Part shown: positions 25,153 through 39,742 of the stretch, piece by piece
How positions within the stretch are numbered: position 1 is the first letter of the stretch
Layout of the letters: the number at the start of each line of letters is the position of its first letter
Assembly (NCBI RefSeq): GCF_006345805.1
Contig: NC_043021.1
Coordinates: 23,064,001 to 23,128,000 of the forward strand
Origin: Octopus sinensis
Taxonomy: Eukaryota
DNA: 64,000 bases
Direction of reading: 5' to 3'
Notes under the pieces: generated by a model
The model's database searches: none
The model's input: only the letters and a program-made list of their open reading frames with translations
Told to the model about the DNA's origin: nothing
Program-made: the position numbers and the translations under genes

Positions 25153-25565
25153 ATTTCTTTATTACCCACAAGGGCTAAACATAGAGAGGACAAACAAGGA
25201 CAGACAAAGGAATTAAGTCGATTACATCGACCCCAGTGCGAAATAGATACTTTATTTATCGACCCCGAAATGATGAAAGGCAAAGTCGACCTCGGCGGAA
25301 TTTGAACTCAGAACGTAGCGGCAGACGAAATGCCTATTTCTTTACTACCCACAAGAGGCTAAACACAGAGGGGACAAACAAGGACAGACAAACGGATTAA
25401 GTCGATTATATCGAACCCAGTCCGTAACTGGTACTTAATTTATCGACCCCGAAAGGATGAAAGGCAATGTCGACCTCGGCGGAATTTGAACTCAGAACGT
25501 AACGACAGACGAAATACCGCTAAGCATTTCGCCCGACGCGCTAACGTTTCTGCCAGCTCGCCGCC
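25153..25565 (-). mobile_element. SINE family B dimer
   Basis: Two body units with the same junction as the 3795 and 23671 copies. Confidence 0.92.
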
Positions 25566-26040
25566 TACAGCTGCCATGATTGAGGCTTAGGTGGCTTTCA
25601 TCTTAAGCTTCCTCTAAATTTAGCAAATGTACAATTTACAATATCGAGCGTTATATTTAAACTGGAAGAGAAGTGCGTGAAATGATTAAACTTGAAAAAT
25701 GGTGGAGCCTAGAGATGTTTCAAGTAACGGCTTCACTAAATCATGAAATGATAACCATTATCTATTTAAAAGAATATTATAAATCTTGAATCCCTGTGAG
25801 GAAATGAAATGTAATAATGTGAAACGTGTAGATACTTCGAAATCTTTATTGAGTCGCAGAAGAAAAATATATCATATTTTAAGTGAAACAGAAATTTTTG
25901 CAAACGTGTTTTGTCTCACCCTTAACTTTTCAGTTTTTCTCATTCATTGGTCTGCGGCAATGCTGGAGCACCATCTTGGACAATCATGAAAAACAATGAA
26001 AAAAAATTAATGTAGCGAAATCAACAGCAATAGATATATA

Positions 26041-26414
26041 GGCGCAGGAGTGGCTGTGTGGTAAGTAGCTTACTAACCAACCACATGGTTCCGGGTTCAG
26101 TCCCACTGCGTGGAATCTTGGGCAAGTGTCTTCTGCTATAGTCCCGGGCCGACAAATACCTTGTGAGTGGATTTGGTAGACGGAAATTTAAAGAAGCCTG
26201 TCGTATATATGTATATATATATATATGTTTGTATGTGTTTGTGTCCGTGTTTGGCCCCCTAGCATTGCTTGACAACTCATGCTGGTGTGTTTACGTCCCC
26301 GTCATTTAGCGGTTCGGCAAAAGAGACCGATAGAATAAGTACTGGGCTTACAAAGAATAAGTGCCGGGGTCGATGGCCGCAGTCAAATGACTGAAACAAG
26401 TAAAAGAGTAAAGA
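26041..26414 (+). mobile_element. SINE family A with a small 3' internal deletion
   Basis: GGCGCAGGAGTGGCTGTGTGG head; GGGGTCGAT joined directly to GGCCGCAGTC. Confidence 0.93.
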
Positions 26415-26526
26415 GAGAGATACATGAGGACTACTTTCAATATCTGCGAACCGTCATAGATTCTGCAAGAACAGTATTAATGTCTACTTAAACAGCAACA
26501 ACGACAATGACAACAGTAACAGCAGT

Positions 26527-26930
26527 GGAGGCGCAATGGCCCAGTGGATGGGGCAGCGGACCCGCGGTCAGAGGATCGCGGTTTCGATTCCCACAACCGG
26601 GCGTTGTGTGTGTTTATTGAGCGAAAACACCTAAATCTCCTCGAGGCTCCGGCAGGGGGAGGTGGCGACCCCTGTTGTACTCTTTCGCTCCAACTTTCTC
26701 TCACTCTTCCTTCCTGTTTCTTGTCCCCGACTTCCTACGCAACCGCTGAGCCTGGATGCGCATTAATCCATCCGTAGATGCTCTCGATGTCGAGTGTTGA
26801 CCTGCTTTCTCTTCTGCGGGTCTTACGAATAGCAAAGGACCAACGTTTCGGACTTCTCCCACTCCAGAGGCGCGATCTTGCGAGCTCTGGGACGAAGACC
26901 GCTTCGCTCAACAAACAAACATACAAACAA
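26527..26930 (+). mobile_element. SINE family C with tail type T2 ending (AAAC)n
   Basis: GGAGGCGCAATGGCCCAGTGG head; ~220-nt GC-rich tail ending TTCGCTCAACAAACAAAC. Confidence 0.85.
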
Positions 26931-27679
26931 AGCAGCAACAGCAACATGAAGAACAACACCGACAACAACAGCTGCAGCAACAAAGACGATATTTTCAACA
27001 GCGGGGGTATCGTTTCTAGTTATGGAAATGGATTTTATTTCCGTTTCTGAACTTTCGTATTTCTTGCTGTTCTTGTTGCTGCTGTCCATTTAATCTCCGC
27101 TGAAGACTGTTAAATTTAATGATCAAACATGTACCTTACACACCCATACGGTCGAAAATAGGGGGCTGGAAGATGCGAGTGGATCGGGATTAAAGGCATC
27201 CCGAAGGAAATATTGGAATATTACGACAGAAAATAGTCCCACTCGTTAGATAATTGATGAGTTTATCATTTGGATTGTAACGCTGAGTTTTAATAGCATC
27301 ACTGATTTAACGAGACCATCCCCTTGAGACAAGAACGGTGAAGGATCAAAGACCTTACATTTGTAATCAAATACATTAATTCGCCAGTCTCATTAGCAGA
27401 TCCGTTTCATTAAATGATCACTCTTTATACATAATTGAAGAGTGTGTTTCTTATGGATACCGCCTTGCAGAACGGTTAACAAGGTTACTTTAGATCCATG
27501 AACTCCCGGGTTGGATCTCCTTGCCTGTCATCTCGGGTTGTCGAACCACAATTTTGTCAATGGAATTGGATTGGTTGAAAACCGTCATCGTTTCTTTTAC
27601 TTCTTTTCTTTTGCTTTTCTGTGTGTCTGTGTTTTTTTCATCATTTTTATTGCCCTTAGCTATGGAGATTTTTTATTAC

Positions 27680-28400
27680 GTGCGGGTGTGGCTGTGGATT
27701 TGGGAAGCCAGCTTCTCACCCGTATGGTCGAAGCTTTAGTTAACTCCCTGACACCTTGGGTACGTGTCTTATTTATATTAAAACCCCGAAAGGATCAAAG
27801 ATTTGTGAGAGAATTTGATAGGCTAAACCTCGATAGAATCTCGTCATATATGTATGTGATATATGTGTGTGTATGTGTGTGTGTTTTTGCGTCCTCGTAT
27901 ATAGCGATTTCATAAAACGACTGTAATGTACCGGAGTTTATATGCACGTGAGTGTGTAATTATGTATGTGTGTGGTTTGTTCATCATCGCCTCTTGATAC
28001 CCGGTGCTGGTTTGTTTGTGTCGATCTAACATTAGCGGTTCAGCAAAGTGAGAGAATTTGATAGGTTAAACCTCGATAGAATCTCGTCATATATGTATGT
28101 GATATATGTGTGTGTATGTGTGTGTGTTTTTGCCTCCACCGACGCACAACTGTTGTTTTGTTTGCGTCCCCGTACATAGCGATTTCATAAAACGACTGTA
28201 ATGTACCAGAGTTTATAAGCACGTGAATGTGTATTTATGTATGTGTGTGGTTTGTTCCTCATCGCCGCATGATACCCGGTGCTAGTTTGTTTGTGTCGCT
28301 CTAACATTAGCGGTTCAGCCAAGCGAGAGGAAATCGATTGGTGTCGATCTGTTCGACTGAAAGTTTCTAAGACGTTGTTCCAGCATGGCCGTAGTGTAAT
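27680..28400 (+). mobile_element. Old SINE family A-like copy with an internal ~243/275-bp tandem duplication
   Basis: Degraded head at 27680, units 27805-28047 and 28048-28322, tail CCAGCATGGCCGTAG. Confidence 0.75.
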
Positions 28401-29274
28401 TTCGTAATATAGAAATAACTGTCAACAGTTCCTCAACCCACATAACTATGAAACAAAATAATGAACAATCACTCATGTAGACATATTCATATTTTAACAG
28501 AAACACATACGGTATTGGATGGTCACATGGGTCACCTTAAAGCATGTGCACACTGGGAGCCTCATGGATTTACAGACCCATATATTATCGATATATGATG
28601 GGATTTGCTATCGCGAACGACATTCTTTGGAGGCTAAGGTATTGATCTGTCTGGACGCCTCGGGAGTTTATCAACGACCGTCAATTTTTTATCAGATTCG
28701 GCAAGGTAGATATTTTCTATATTTCCTCTTCCGCTACTCGAAATGACTGCTGGATTCTTATTTTCAGGTATTCTTTCTGATACTGACACAATACTAAAAT
28801 TTTGAGGGAAAGATCTAGTTGATTACATCAATTCTGGTACTCAACTGGAATTTTTTTATATCGACCCTTTAAAGAGGAATGGTAAAGTTGATCTCAGGTT
28901 CTCACTTTTATATATAGCATTGTAAATGTGTCAACAACAGCAACAGGAGGAAAATATCGATGACATGTGACGACAAAAATCCTGATGCTTATAGATAATA
29001 TATTAGGCATAAAGTCGTAGATGGCATGTTGGAAGTTAGTATGACACTTAACGTTTGTTTTGATATTTAAATATTAAATAACTAACTGCGCATGATTTTT
29101 CAATATTTATGTTTACAGTGCAAGTAAAATACGACATATAAAATAAAGACCGCAAGACATCTGAGAGAATAAAAGCCTGTGAAGAAAAGATTGAAATAAG
29201 TTGAAATACAGAGGAGAAGTCGTATAACGAACCCCCTAATTCTTTCGCCGATGAGTAACACATTTGTACATTCA

Positions 29275-29570
29275 TATGTGTGCGCTACGTGACTGAATGG
29301 TTAAGTAGCCTGCTTCGCAATCAGAAGCTTCCAGTTTCTGTCCCAGTACGTGGCATCTTAGGTAAAGTTCTTTGATTATATTTGAGGTCCCTTCATTCTT
29401 TGGGATTGAAGTTGGTAAATGAAAACTTATTCAACGGCGCAATTTTTGCAATGCATTCTATCCTGCTGTTTGCGCGTGTCTGTAAAGTGTTCGCCCATTG
29501 CACATTAATTTCACGAACAGACTGTTCCGTTGATGCAACGAACTGGAGTACTTCTCTTATTAACCAACGG
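29275..29570 (+). mobile_element. Old SINE with family A-like head and T3-like tail
   Basis: GACTGAATGGTTAAGTAGCCTGC head; TTGCACATTAATTTCACGAACAGACTGTTCCGTTGAT matches the tail at 37880-37940. Confidence 0.65.
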
Positions 29571-29974
29571 AGAGCCACCTTGAGTTTAACCAGTATGATG
29601 AGGATGGCTACTTACAAGGGCACCAAGCGAATAATAATTGCTTCTGCTACAGAAGGAATGTGTGGAACTTCGCGGGGCGACTGGGTGGGGTAGTCAATTG
29701 CTTAGTTTCCAGTGCTCAGCTGTAAATTATTTCATCGACCTAGAAGAGATGAAGGACAAAGTAATAATGGTTTTAAATATTGGTACAGGGCCCGCTGCTT
29801 TAGAAGGAAGGCTAAGTCTGTTAGACTGACTCCAGTGTTTGACCTATTCTAGTTATCGTCTCAGAAATGATAAAAGGTAATTCTGACCTGGGAAGAACAA
29901 GAAAACGCAATGTAAAATGTTCGCTATTATTTAGTTCACTCCTTTCTCTCTCGGTCTTATGTATATATATATAT

Positions 29975-30661
<687 letters not shown>

Positions 30662-30671
30662 TATATATATA

Positions 30672-31012
30672 TGCATGGCTCAGTGGTTAGAGCGTCGAGC
30701 TTACGATCGTGAGGTTGTGAGCTCGAATCCTGGACCGGGCTGCGTGTTGTGTTCTTGAGCAAGACACTTTATTTCACGTTGCTCCAGTTCACTCAGCTGT
30801 AGAAATGAGTTGCGACGTCACTGGTGCCAAGCTGTATCGGCCCCTTAGCTTTTCCCTTGGATAACACTGGTGGCGTGGAGAGGGGAGGCCGGTATGCATG
30901 GGCGACTGCTGGTCTTCCATAAAAAAAAAACAACCTTGCCCAGACTTGTGCCTCAGAGGGTAACTCTCTAGGTGCAAACCCATGGTCACTCATGACCGAA
31001 GGGGGTCTTTAC
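30672..31012 (+). mobile_element. SINE family D (tRNA head + CORE-like TTCTTGAGCAAGACACTT) with tail T5
   Basis: GCATGGCTCAGTGGTTAGAGCG...GAGCTCGAATCC boxes; tail ends GACCGAAGGGGGTCTTTAC. Confidence 0.85.
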
Positions 31013-31015
31013 ACT

Positions 31016-31053
<38 letters not shown>

Positions 31054-31080
31054 ATATATATATATGTATATGTATATCTA

Positions 31081-32213
31081 TATTCTTGCTCTTTCGCTTC
31101 CCTCATTTTCTTGTTCATTCTCTTCCCCTTTCTCATTTTCTTGCTCTTCGTCCCCCAATATATATCCCATGTCCTCCTCCCTCTCCTCTTCCGTTTGTTC
31201 TCTCCCTCTTTCTCCGTTGCATCCCAGTTTGTCTCTCCTTCAATAACTCTCTCTCTCTTTCTCCCTCACTCCTTCAATGCTTCTCTCTTACTCTCTAGAT
31301 CTCCCAATACGTCTATCCTACTTTCAGCCTCTCTCGTCGTCTTCTCCATCCTTTTCTTCTCCTCACACCCCTCCTCCCGGTATCTCCACTCAACGTTTTC
31401 TTTCCATCTATTCATTCTCTTTACCACACTTTCTAGTCTCTCGCCCAGCTCTCCCTCTCTCTCTCTCTCACTTTGTATCATTGCCCTTTTCTCTCTCTCT
31501 CTCTCTCTCTCTCTATTTGAATCATTCACAATATTTCTCTCACTCTCTCTCTCACTCACTATCGTTCACCTTCTTTCTCACTCTTTTTCTTTCTCCCTTT
31601 CCCTCTCTCTCTCACTCTCACTCTCTCTCTCACTTTGTATCATTGCCCTTCTTCTCTCTCTCTCTCTCTCTCTCTTTGAATCATTCACAATATTTCTCTC
31701 ATTCTCTCTCTCACTCACTATCGTTCACCTTCTTTCTCACTCTTTTTCTTTCTCCCTTTCCCTCTCTCTCTCACTCTCACTCTCTCTCAACCTTTGTATC
31801 ATTGCCCCTCTTTCTCTTTCTCTCCCTATCTCTCTCTCTCTCTCTCTCTCTCTCTTTGAATCATTCACAATATTTCTCTTACTCTCTCTCTCACTCTCTT
31901 TCACCTTCTTTCTCACTATTTTTCTTTCTCTCTTTACGTCTCTCACTCTCTTTCACTTTTTTCTTCCTCCCTCTCCCCCTCTCTCTCTCTCAACCTTTGT
32001 ATCATTCACCCGCTCTCTCTCCCTATCCCTCCCTTCGCTCACATTCGTTCCATTTCTTTCCCCTCGCATCATTTCTCTCTTGACATCACTCTTTCTATTA
32101 CATTCCATCCTTTATCATGGTCTTCCTCCTCCCACCTCTTGTATTTCTTCCTTTCATCTTTCATCTTCACATTTCGTTGTTCCTCTGTCAAAGCCCTCAC
32201 GCAACCACCGCCA

Positions 32214-32248
<35 letters not shown>

Positions 32249-32380
32249 ACTTCCTCCGTCTCTCTCTCTCTCTCTCCCTCTCCATCTAGCTCTCTAGCTA
32301 TTTAGCTCTCTCCATTGCTATTTTTCAATTCATTTCCTTGTCTTCATCAAACACTCCCTCTGTCTCCTCCTCCCTCTCTA
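31081..32380. repeat. Polypyrimidine tract containing a ~160-bp CT-rich minisatellite (about 3.5 units)
   Basis: Anchor CTTTGTATCATT recurs at 31471, 31633, 31792 and 31995. Confidence 0.9.
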
Positions 32381-32775
32381 GATCTCACAGTTGCTGCTTT
32401 GAATTCTTTTTCTTGTCCCCATCAAACAGCATCTCGCTCAGTCTCTCTCCCTAAATGTTTCACTCCTATTCAATGTAATAAAACGACAAGATATTAAATG
32501 TGCATCAAAACACAAATCAAGTGAAATTGGTTATTTATGCATTTATGGTATTTTTATTTCAATGAAAATACATTTGAGAAACAACCGCCAAATATATAGG
32601 CTACAGAGAACCACGGGAGGATGTTGATTCACACACAAGTTTTACCATCTGCTCAGAATTTAGAATTTCATTTGTATGTATGTATGTATGTATGTATGTA
32701 TGTATGCATAAAAACACGTATACACATACACACACTCTCTCTCTATCACACACACACAAACACATATACGTATAT

Positions 32776-32830
<55 letters not shown>

Positions 32831-32985
32831 TATATATATGTATACATATATATATAAGTATATATATATATACGGAAATGTATGTGCCTATATACATATG
32901 TGTGTTTGTGCATGTGTGTGGCAGAGGTATACTAACATAAATACACGCACAAACACACATACACATATATATATACATATATATA

Positions 32986-33041
<56 letters not shown>

Positions 33042-33246
33042 TTATATATATATATATATACCTATCTATGTATGTATATGTGTACGTATGCCTTTTCTAC
33101 GTGTGTATACAGTACGTGAAGACTAACAATTAATTTCCATACGCAAATAGCTATACACTTACCGATTTTATTTTGTATGTGTACGTATATATATAGGCTT
33201 GTATGTAATAAACAGACACAGCTACCAACAACCACATAAATACACA

Positions 33247-33285
<39 letters not shown>

Positions 33286-33849
33286 TATGTGTATGTACGC
33301 ACAGTATCAGCGTTCCTGTGTTGTCTCCAGAATGGGGGTTTATGCTTCCTACACGTGTGTATATATGCACCAAACCTGTCCTCGCTTGTGTGTTTTCAAG
33401 CATAATGAAGTCAATATATTCCTATATAAAAGATGGTTGCGTAGTGTTCAGAAACGATTGTTATTGTGTTGGCGCTCCTTTATGCATGCGTGCATCTGTG
33501 TGGAATTTTGTTGCTGGAAGCGAAGGCAGTGCGCAAAATTAAAAAGAGAGAGAAAAAAAATATATTTGTAAAACAAAATGGCTGCCAACCTCATAAATTC
33601 GTCGTTGCGCTTTAAGCAAAGAATCCATTATTGAATTTATATACATTAACTTCAAATATGAATTTCTGCTGCTAATGAAATAAGCCTCAGAATATAGTTG
33701 GGAATAATAAACAAGGGGCACATCGTTGCTTTTACTATTATTTCTTTCTTATTTATTTATATTTTATATTATTCTATTTTTTTAATGCTGTTTTCGTGGT
33801 TTCTTTTCGTTTCTTTTTCACTGGGTTTTTATAGTCGTCCTTTCTTGCT

Positions 33850-33982
33850 ACTGTTGAGAATATTATTTTGTTATCATTGTTGTTGTTAAAGTTGTTGATG
33901 TTTTTGCTGTTGATGTTGCCTTTGCTGTCGTTTTGTTTGTTGCTCTTGTTGATGATGACGATGAAATTAATAATAATAATAA

Positions 33983-34013
<31 letters not shown>

Positions 34014-34058
34014 AAAAATAATAATGATGATGATGATGATAATAATAATAATGATTAC

Positions 34059-34101
<43 letters not shown>

Positions 34102-34312
34102 TGACTACGACGACGACAATGATGATGATGATGATGATTATTATTAATGTGGTGGTGGTGGTGGCGGTGGTAAGAAGAAGAAGAAAGAGAAGAAGAAGAA
34201 GAAGAAATCCATTCGTTAATGTTATTACTTATTATCATCATTAATATTATTTTTCGTAATGCTATAATAATAATAATAATAACAACAATAATAATAGTAA
34301 TAATAATAATAA

Positions 34313-34343
<31 letters not shown>

Positions 34344-34495
34344 TCTTCTTCTTCTTCTTCTTCTTCTTCTTCTTTTCTTCTTCTTCTTATTATCATCATT
34401 ATCATTATTATTATTATTATTGTGATCATTATTATTATTATTATTATTGTGATCATTATTATTATTATTATTATTACTATTATTATTATTATTAA

Positions 34496-34541
<46 letters not shown>

Positions 34542-34913
34542 ATTATCGATATTATTATATTCACCGCTATTAATATTATTATTGATTTAGAATTAATAAG
34601 ATAATTGAAAAGTGATTAACACACAGCTATTAGCATTTCACGAGATATATAATAGTGAATCTAGTGGGAAGTTTTATTAAGACTTCTTTACACGTAGCTG
34701 CCGTATAATTTCAAACATTAACAACAACAACAACATCAATGCTAGAACTTATAAAGTATTCCATGAAGATGACGTATTTGGAGGAATTGGTTTTCCTTTT
34801 CATAGTCTTTTTTTTGGTGGGGGACGGGGGTGGGGCGCGTTGGCGAATATCCGTTTTGAGGTTTGTTGTGATGTTCCTACATTTGTGATTATTATTATTA
34901 GTATTATTATTAC

Positions 34914-34977
<64 letters not shown>

Positions 34978-35198
34978 ATTATTATTATCATCAACATTAA
35001 GACGGCAAGATGGCAGAAACGCTAGCACGCCGGTATTTCGTCTGTTTTTTACGTTCTGCGTTCAAATTCCATCGAGATAGACTTTGGCTTTCATCCTTCG
35101 AGATCGACAAATTAAGTACCAGTTGTGTACTGGGGTCGCTCTCATCGACTGGTTCCTTTCACCAACAGTTTCGGGCCTTGCGCCTCTAGTAGAAAACA

Positions 35199-35236
<38 letters not shown>

Positions 35237-35396
35237 GTTGTTGTTGTTGTGGTTGTTGTTGTTGTTGTGGTTGTTGTTGTTGTTGTGGTTGTTGTTGTTG
35301 TATTTGTTGTTGTTGTTATTATCATTATTATTATTATTATTGTTATTATTATTACTACTACTACTACTAATACTAATACTACTACTATGACTATTA

Positions 35397-35429
<33 letters not shown>

Positions 35430-35470
35430 CATCATCATCATTATCAGCAGCAGCAGCACCATCATTATTG
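33850..35470. repeat. Large mosaic of trinucleotide microsatellites (AAT, AAG, GAT, CTT, ATT, GTT)
   Basis: Direct reading; source of the poly-I/L/N ORFs. Confidence 0.93.
35003..35197 (+). mobile_element. SINE family B variant monomer between (ATT)n tracts
   Basis: ATGGCAGAAACGCTAGCACGCCGG head; GCTTTCATCCTTCGAGATCGACAAATTAAGTACCAG core. Confidence 0.85.
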
Positions 35471-37054
35471 TTATATTTTTTTATTCATTTGCTTATTGTT
35501 TTTTTATTTTATTTTATATTTGAGATGCGGATACCCTTTTATATTCAATGATTTTTGCTCTTAAAAGTGTGAAGCATTGCTGACATAGGGGTACATGAGA
35601 AAAAACATATACACGGCTGTTTATCTTCCATCCGTTCACATTCCCTTTTCGAATCCCGTTGGATTCGATCTAATCTTTCATCTTCCCGTGATTGACGAAA
35701 TAATTTCCACAAAGATTTTGCATAAGTGTTTGTTTATATTTACCTACTTCACATGCTACCATACGCAGTTTTGTATCAATTTTGCACCACGACAGCAGAT
35801 TGATTCTGTTGTAAAATTCTATCGTGAAAAGCAGTTTGAAAGGTGTATCAATATTTAACATATTAAAACAGCTTGCAGCACTAAGTTATTTGTGCAAAAT
35901 TTCGGTGTAGCTTTCTAATCAACCATCTACCGATCTATGGTAAAATTCAGTATCAGAAACACTCTACATATGTACTCCTGAGTAGCAATTAAAACTTCAA
36001 ACGAGCGCTAATTATCTTATCAATACCTAATTAAGAACCACTCTAGAACTAGGTACTAATATGATCACTTGTTCGCTCCATATTGCCTTGTAACTATCTT
36101 AGTAATAACTATTTATGATTTAGCATGATTTTCACATGCCGGCCTCATTTCAGACATGTACAGACATGAAGATATCAGCGATAGAATTCTTCTCGTCATA
36201 TCTAACACAGTACACGGTCACATCTCTATGCCTACAGATCCTCAAATATATTTAATTGTTCTGTACATTAATTACAAACACCGCTGAGACCTTAAAGTAT
36301 GATGCAAGCATTCATGACTATTACGGCTTCTAGTAAAGCCACGTGACTTACTGGATAGCATGTTGGACTCATGGTTGTAAGATTTTGGTTATCATTCCTG
36401 GAACCATTATTGCATTGTGTTATTGAGTAGAGCTCTCTAGTTCGCGTTGGTCTTTTCCACCTAACAAGGAAATGTGGGTAATTTTATGAACAGACCTGGC
36501 AAACCGCCAATGGTGGATCTGCGTTGAAAAAAAAACGAACAGAAGAAAACCTCTGGACGCAATATGGACCTACCCTAGTTGTGGTTAAAAAATCAAATCC
36601 GCTATACACAGAGGGTTTCAAAGATCAGAGTACTTCCTCCCTTCGGAATTTCAATAGATGTAAACAATAAATATTGTTTGATCAATTTAGGACAATATTT
36701 ATATCATTCGCATCACTGAAGTAATATTGCACGTCACTTTATCTTGTCTTCTACAACATACAACAATCCGTCGAATGCAACACTAACCAGTTGGACTCAA
36801 AATGTATGACGATATTTCCTAGCTGCTCTGCATATTCCTGCAGTTATATAGCTATCACATAATAATATTTGCCTTTATGACCAGAAAATAACTTCAACTA
36901 TGTTATGTTGCTGATATTCTGCAGTTTTCATGTCTTGAATTATGATGCTGCTACAATCATCCCATTTCAATTCTATATAAAAAAAAAAACAAAACAATGG
37001 TTTATGACGGAACGCGCTGCAGTTTCTGACTCATTCAATGTATACTGGAGAGTC

Positions 37055-37270
37055 GCATGGCTGAGTGGTTAGGGATTTTGGACTCATGATGGTAACACTT
37101 CTGTTTCGATTCCTAGTTCGGACGATGCACTGTGTTCTTGAGCAAAAACTTCATTTTCACACTGCTCCACTCTATTTAATTTGCAAAAAGGAGTAATTCT
37201 GCGATGGATCGGCGTCTCGTCTAGGTGAGGAATTTATACGCCTCAGAAACCGGGAAACCGGACCTTGTGG
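37055..37270 (+). mobile_element. SINE family D head with tail T4
   Basis: GCATGGCTGAGTGGTTAGG, TGTGTTCTTGAGCAA; tail CAGAAACCGGGAAACCGGACC. Confidence 0.75.
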
Positions 37271-37598
37271 ATCTACATATCCCTGGGGGAATTTCACTTT
37301 TTCTGTACAATGTAGATTCATATTTGTTGATACACAGCAACAAGTACTGTGCATATAACAATATAATGCAGTTGAGAATCACTTACCCGGAAGTTTGGAG
37401 TATTTTGATATTTGTATCTATATTCAACCCAAGTCTGAACACAATATCCACTTACATTACAAAATGTAGCTTAGGCTTATACTCTGGATATAGTATTATA
37501 TAACTATTTAGTTATAGATCATAGATGATATCAGAAATAGTAATTTGTGATCTCTCCCAACGATATAATGCTTTCCTTAAGGGATTATAGTACACGAA

Positions 37599-37980
37599 GT
37601 GGCGGCGCAATGGCCCAGTGGTTAGGGCAGCGGACTCGCGGTCGGAGGATCGCGGTTTCGATTCCCAGACCGGGCATTGTGAGTGTTTATTGAGCGAAAA
37701 CACCTTAAGCTCCACGAGGCTTCGGCAGTGGGTGGTGGTGAACCCTGCTGTACTCTTTCACCACAACTTTCTCTCGCTCTTTCTTCCTGTTTCTCTTGTA
37801 CCTGTATTTCAAAGGGCCGGCCTTGTCACTCTCTGTGTCACGCTGAATATCCCAGAGAACTACGTTAAGGGTACACGTGTCTGTGGAATGCTCAGCCACT
37901 TGCACGTTAATATCATGAGCAAGCTGTTCCGTTGATCGTATCAGCTGGGACCCTCATCGTCGCAACCGACGGAGTGCTCC
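37599..37980 (+). mobile_element. SINE family C with tail T3 and a 9-bp target-site-like duplication
   Basis: TAGTACACG at 37588-37596 and 37983-37991. Confidence 0.9.
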
Positions 37981-38510
37981 TTTAGTACACGCACGCCATT
38001 TTGTATTCTATATTTTAGTATAATGGTGTTACGTTTTCTGAACGTAGTTTCAAATACATGAAGTATTTTACTTTTAAAGTAATGCACAAGAGATGACACT
38101 TGTCAAGCTACACGAATACATCTAAGGAAAAGAAACTTTGTGATTACGCTACGCAAAAAATCCTTCCCACCTGTTATTGGAACTTTCTATTCCTATCGTG
38201 TCATGTCAACAAAAACTGTCGGATTTTGTCGTGTTTTAGGTTCTGGGAATTTCACATAAAAGATTTCCAATTCAATTATGTAAGTAAATGTATTGAAAGA
38301 ACCGAATTACATTCGTTTCAGATTTGATCGAAGGCATGAACTGAACAAGGAGATACGGTTCTGAGCCTGTTGCTTTTTTAGTAAATGTCCGTTTAGTAAA
38401 ATTTGGTTGTTGAACGTCTTAAAATAATAATATCCAGAAATGGGTGCTGTTCCCTACTATATACCATTGTAATTTGGATGTTAGGGTTTATATTCTTCAG
38501 CGTGGATGTT

Positions 38511-38554
<44 letters not shown>

Positions 38555-38556
<2 letters not shown>

Positions 38557-38715
38557 CGCAGGAGTGGCTGTGTGGTAAGTAGCTTGCTAACCAACCACAT
38601 GGTTCCGGGTTCAATCCCACTGCGTGGCATCTTGGGAAAGTGTCTTCTGCTATAGCCCGGGCCGACCAATGCCTTGTGAGTGGATTGGTAGACGGAAACT
38701 GAAAGAAGCCTGTCG

Positions 38716-38767
<52 letters not shown>

Positions 38768-38984
38768 TTGGTGTGGTGTTTGTCCCCCTAGCATTGCTTG
38801 ACAACCGATGCTGGTGTGTGTTTACGTCCCCGTCACTTAGCGGTTCGGCAAAAAGAGACCGATAGAATAAGTACTGGGCTTACAAAAAAGAATAAGTCCC
38901 GGGGTCGAGTTGCTCGACTAAAGGCGGTGCTCCAGCATGGCCGCAGTCAAATGACTGAAACAAGTAAAAGAGAAAAGAGAAAAG
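38555..38984 (+). mobile_element. SINE family A, full length and young-looking, inside (TA)n
   Basis: Complete head, body and tail; (TA)n on both sides. Confidence 0.96.
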
Positions 38985-39564
38985 ATATATATATATATAA
39001 TATATATATATATTTGCGTAACTTGTGACAGATTATTCCTCTATGTACGTTCGTGTTTTGATTATCAGTATGAATAAAGATGATTAAAGACTCACAGAAT
39101 CCTGAGCGTATCGTAGAAAACACTTATCGGTTTTTTCCTCCGGCTCTTTATGAGGGAATTCGGCCGATATCGATTATTCCATTCATCCTTTACGGGTCGA
39201 AATATTAAGGACCTGTTGAGCATTTATGTCAATGTAATTGACCTGTCATCTCTTCCCAAATACCAGGGTTTTTTTTTTTATTATCTATAACAGAGTAACG
39301 ATTATTATTGAGGGTGGTTATAGCCTTATAGTCGTTACCAAACCGACTAAAAATATTACTGACCCTTCTTACGCTTCTTCATGTTGTGACTTCAAATATA
39401 TACAATGTAGACTTTGCCTTTCTTTGTTTCGAGGAAAATAAAATAAGTACCACATGTAATTGAATAACATATCCACGCCAGAGCTTCTAACCTTGTGCTT
39501 TTTGGGCTTTATTTATATGTATATTTATATATATATGCATATAATATATATAATATATATTATA

Positions 39565-39618
<54 letters not shown>

Positions 39619-39619
39619 T

Positions 39620-39679
<60 letters not shown>

Positions 39680-39742
39680 ATATATGTATATGTGTGTGTG
39701 TGTGGGTGTGTGTGTGTGTGTGTGTGTTTGTTTGTGTGTTTT

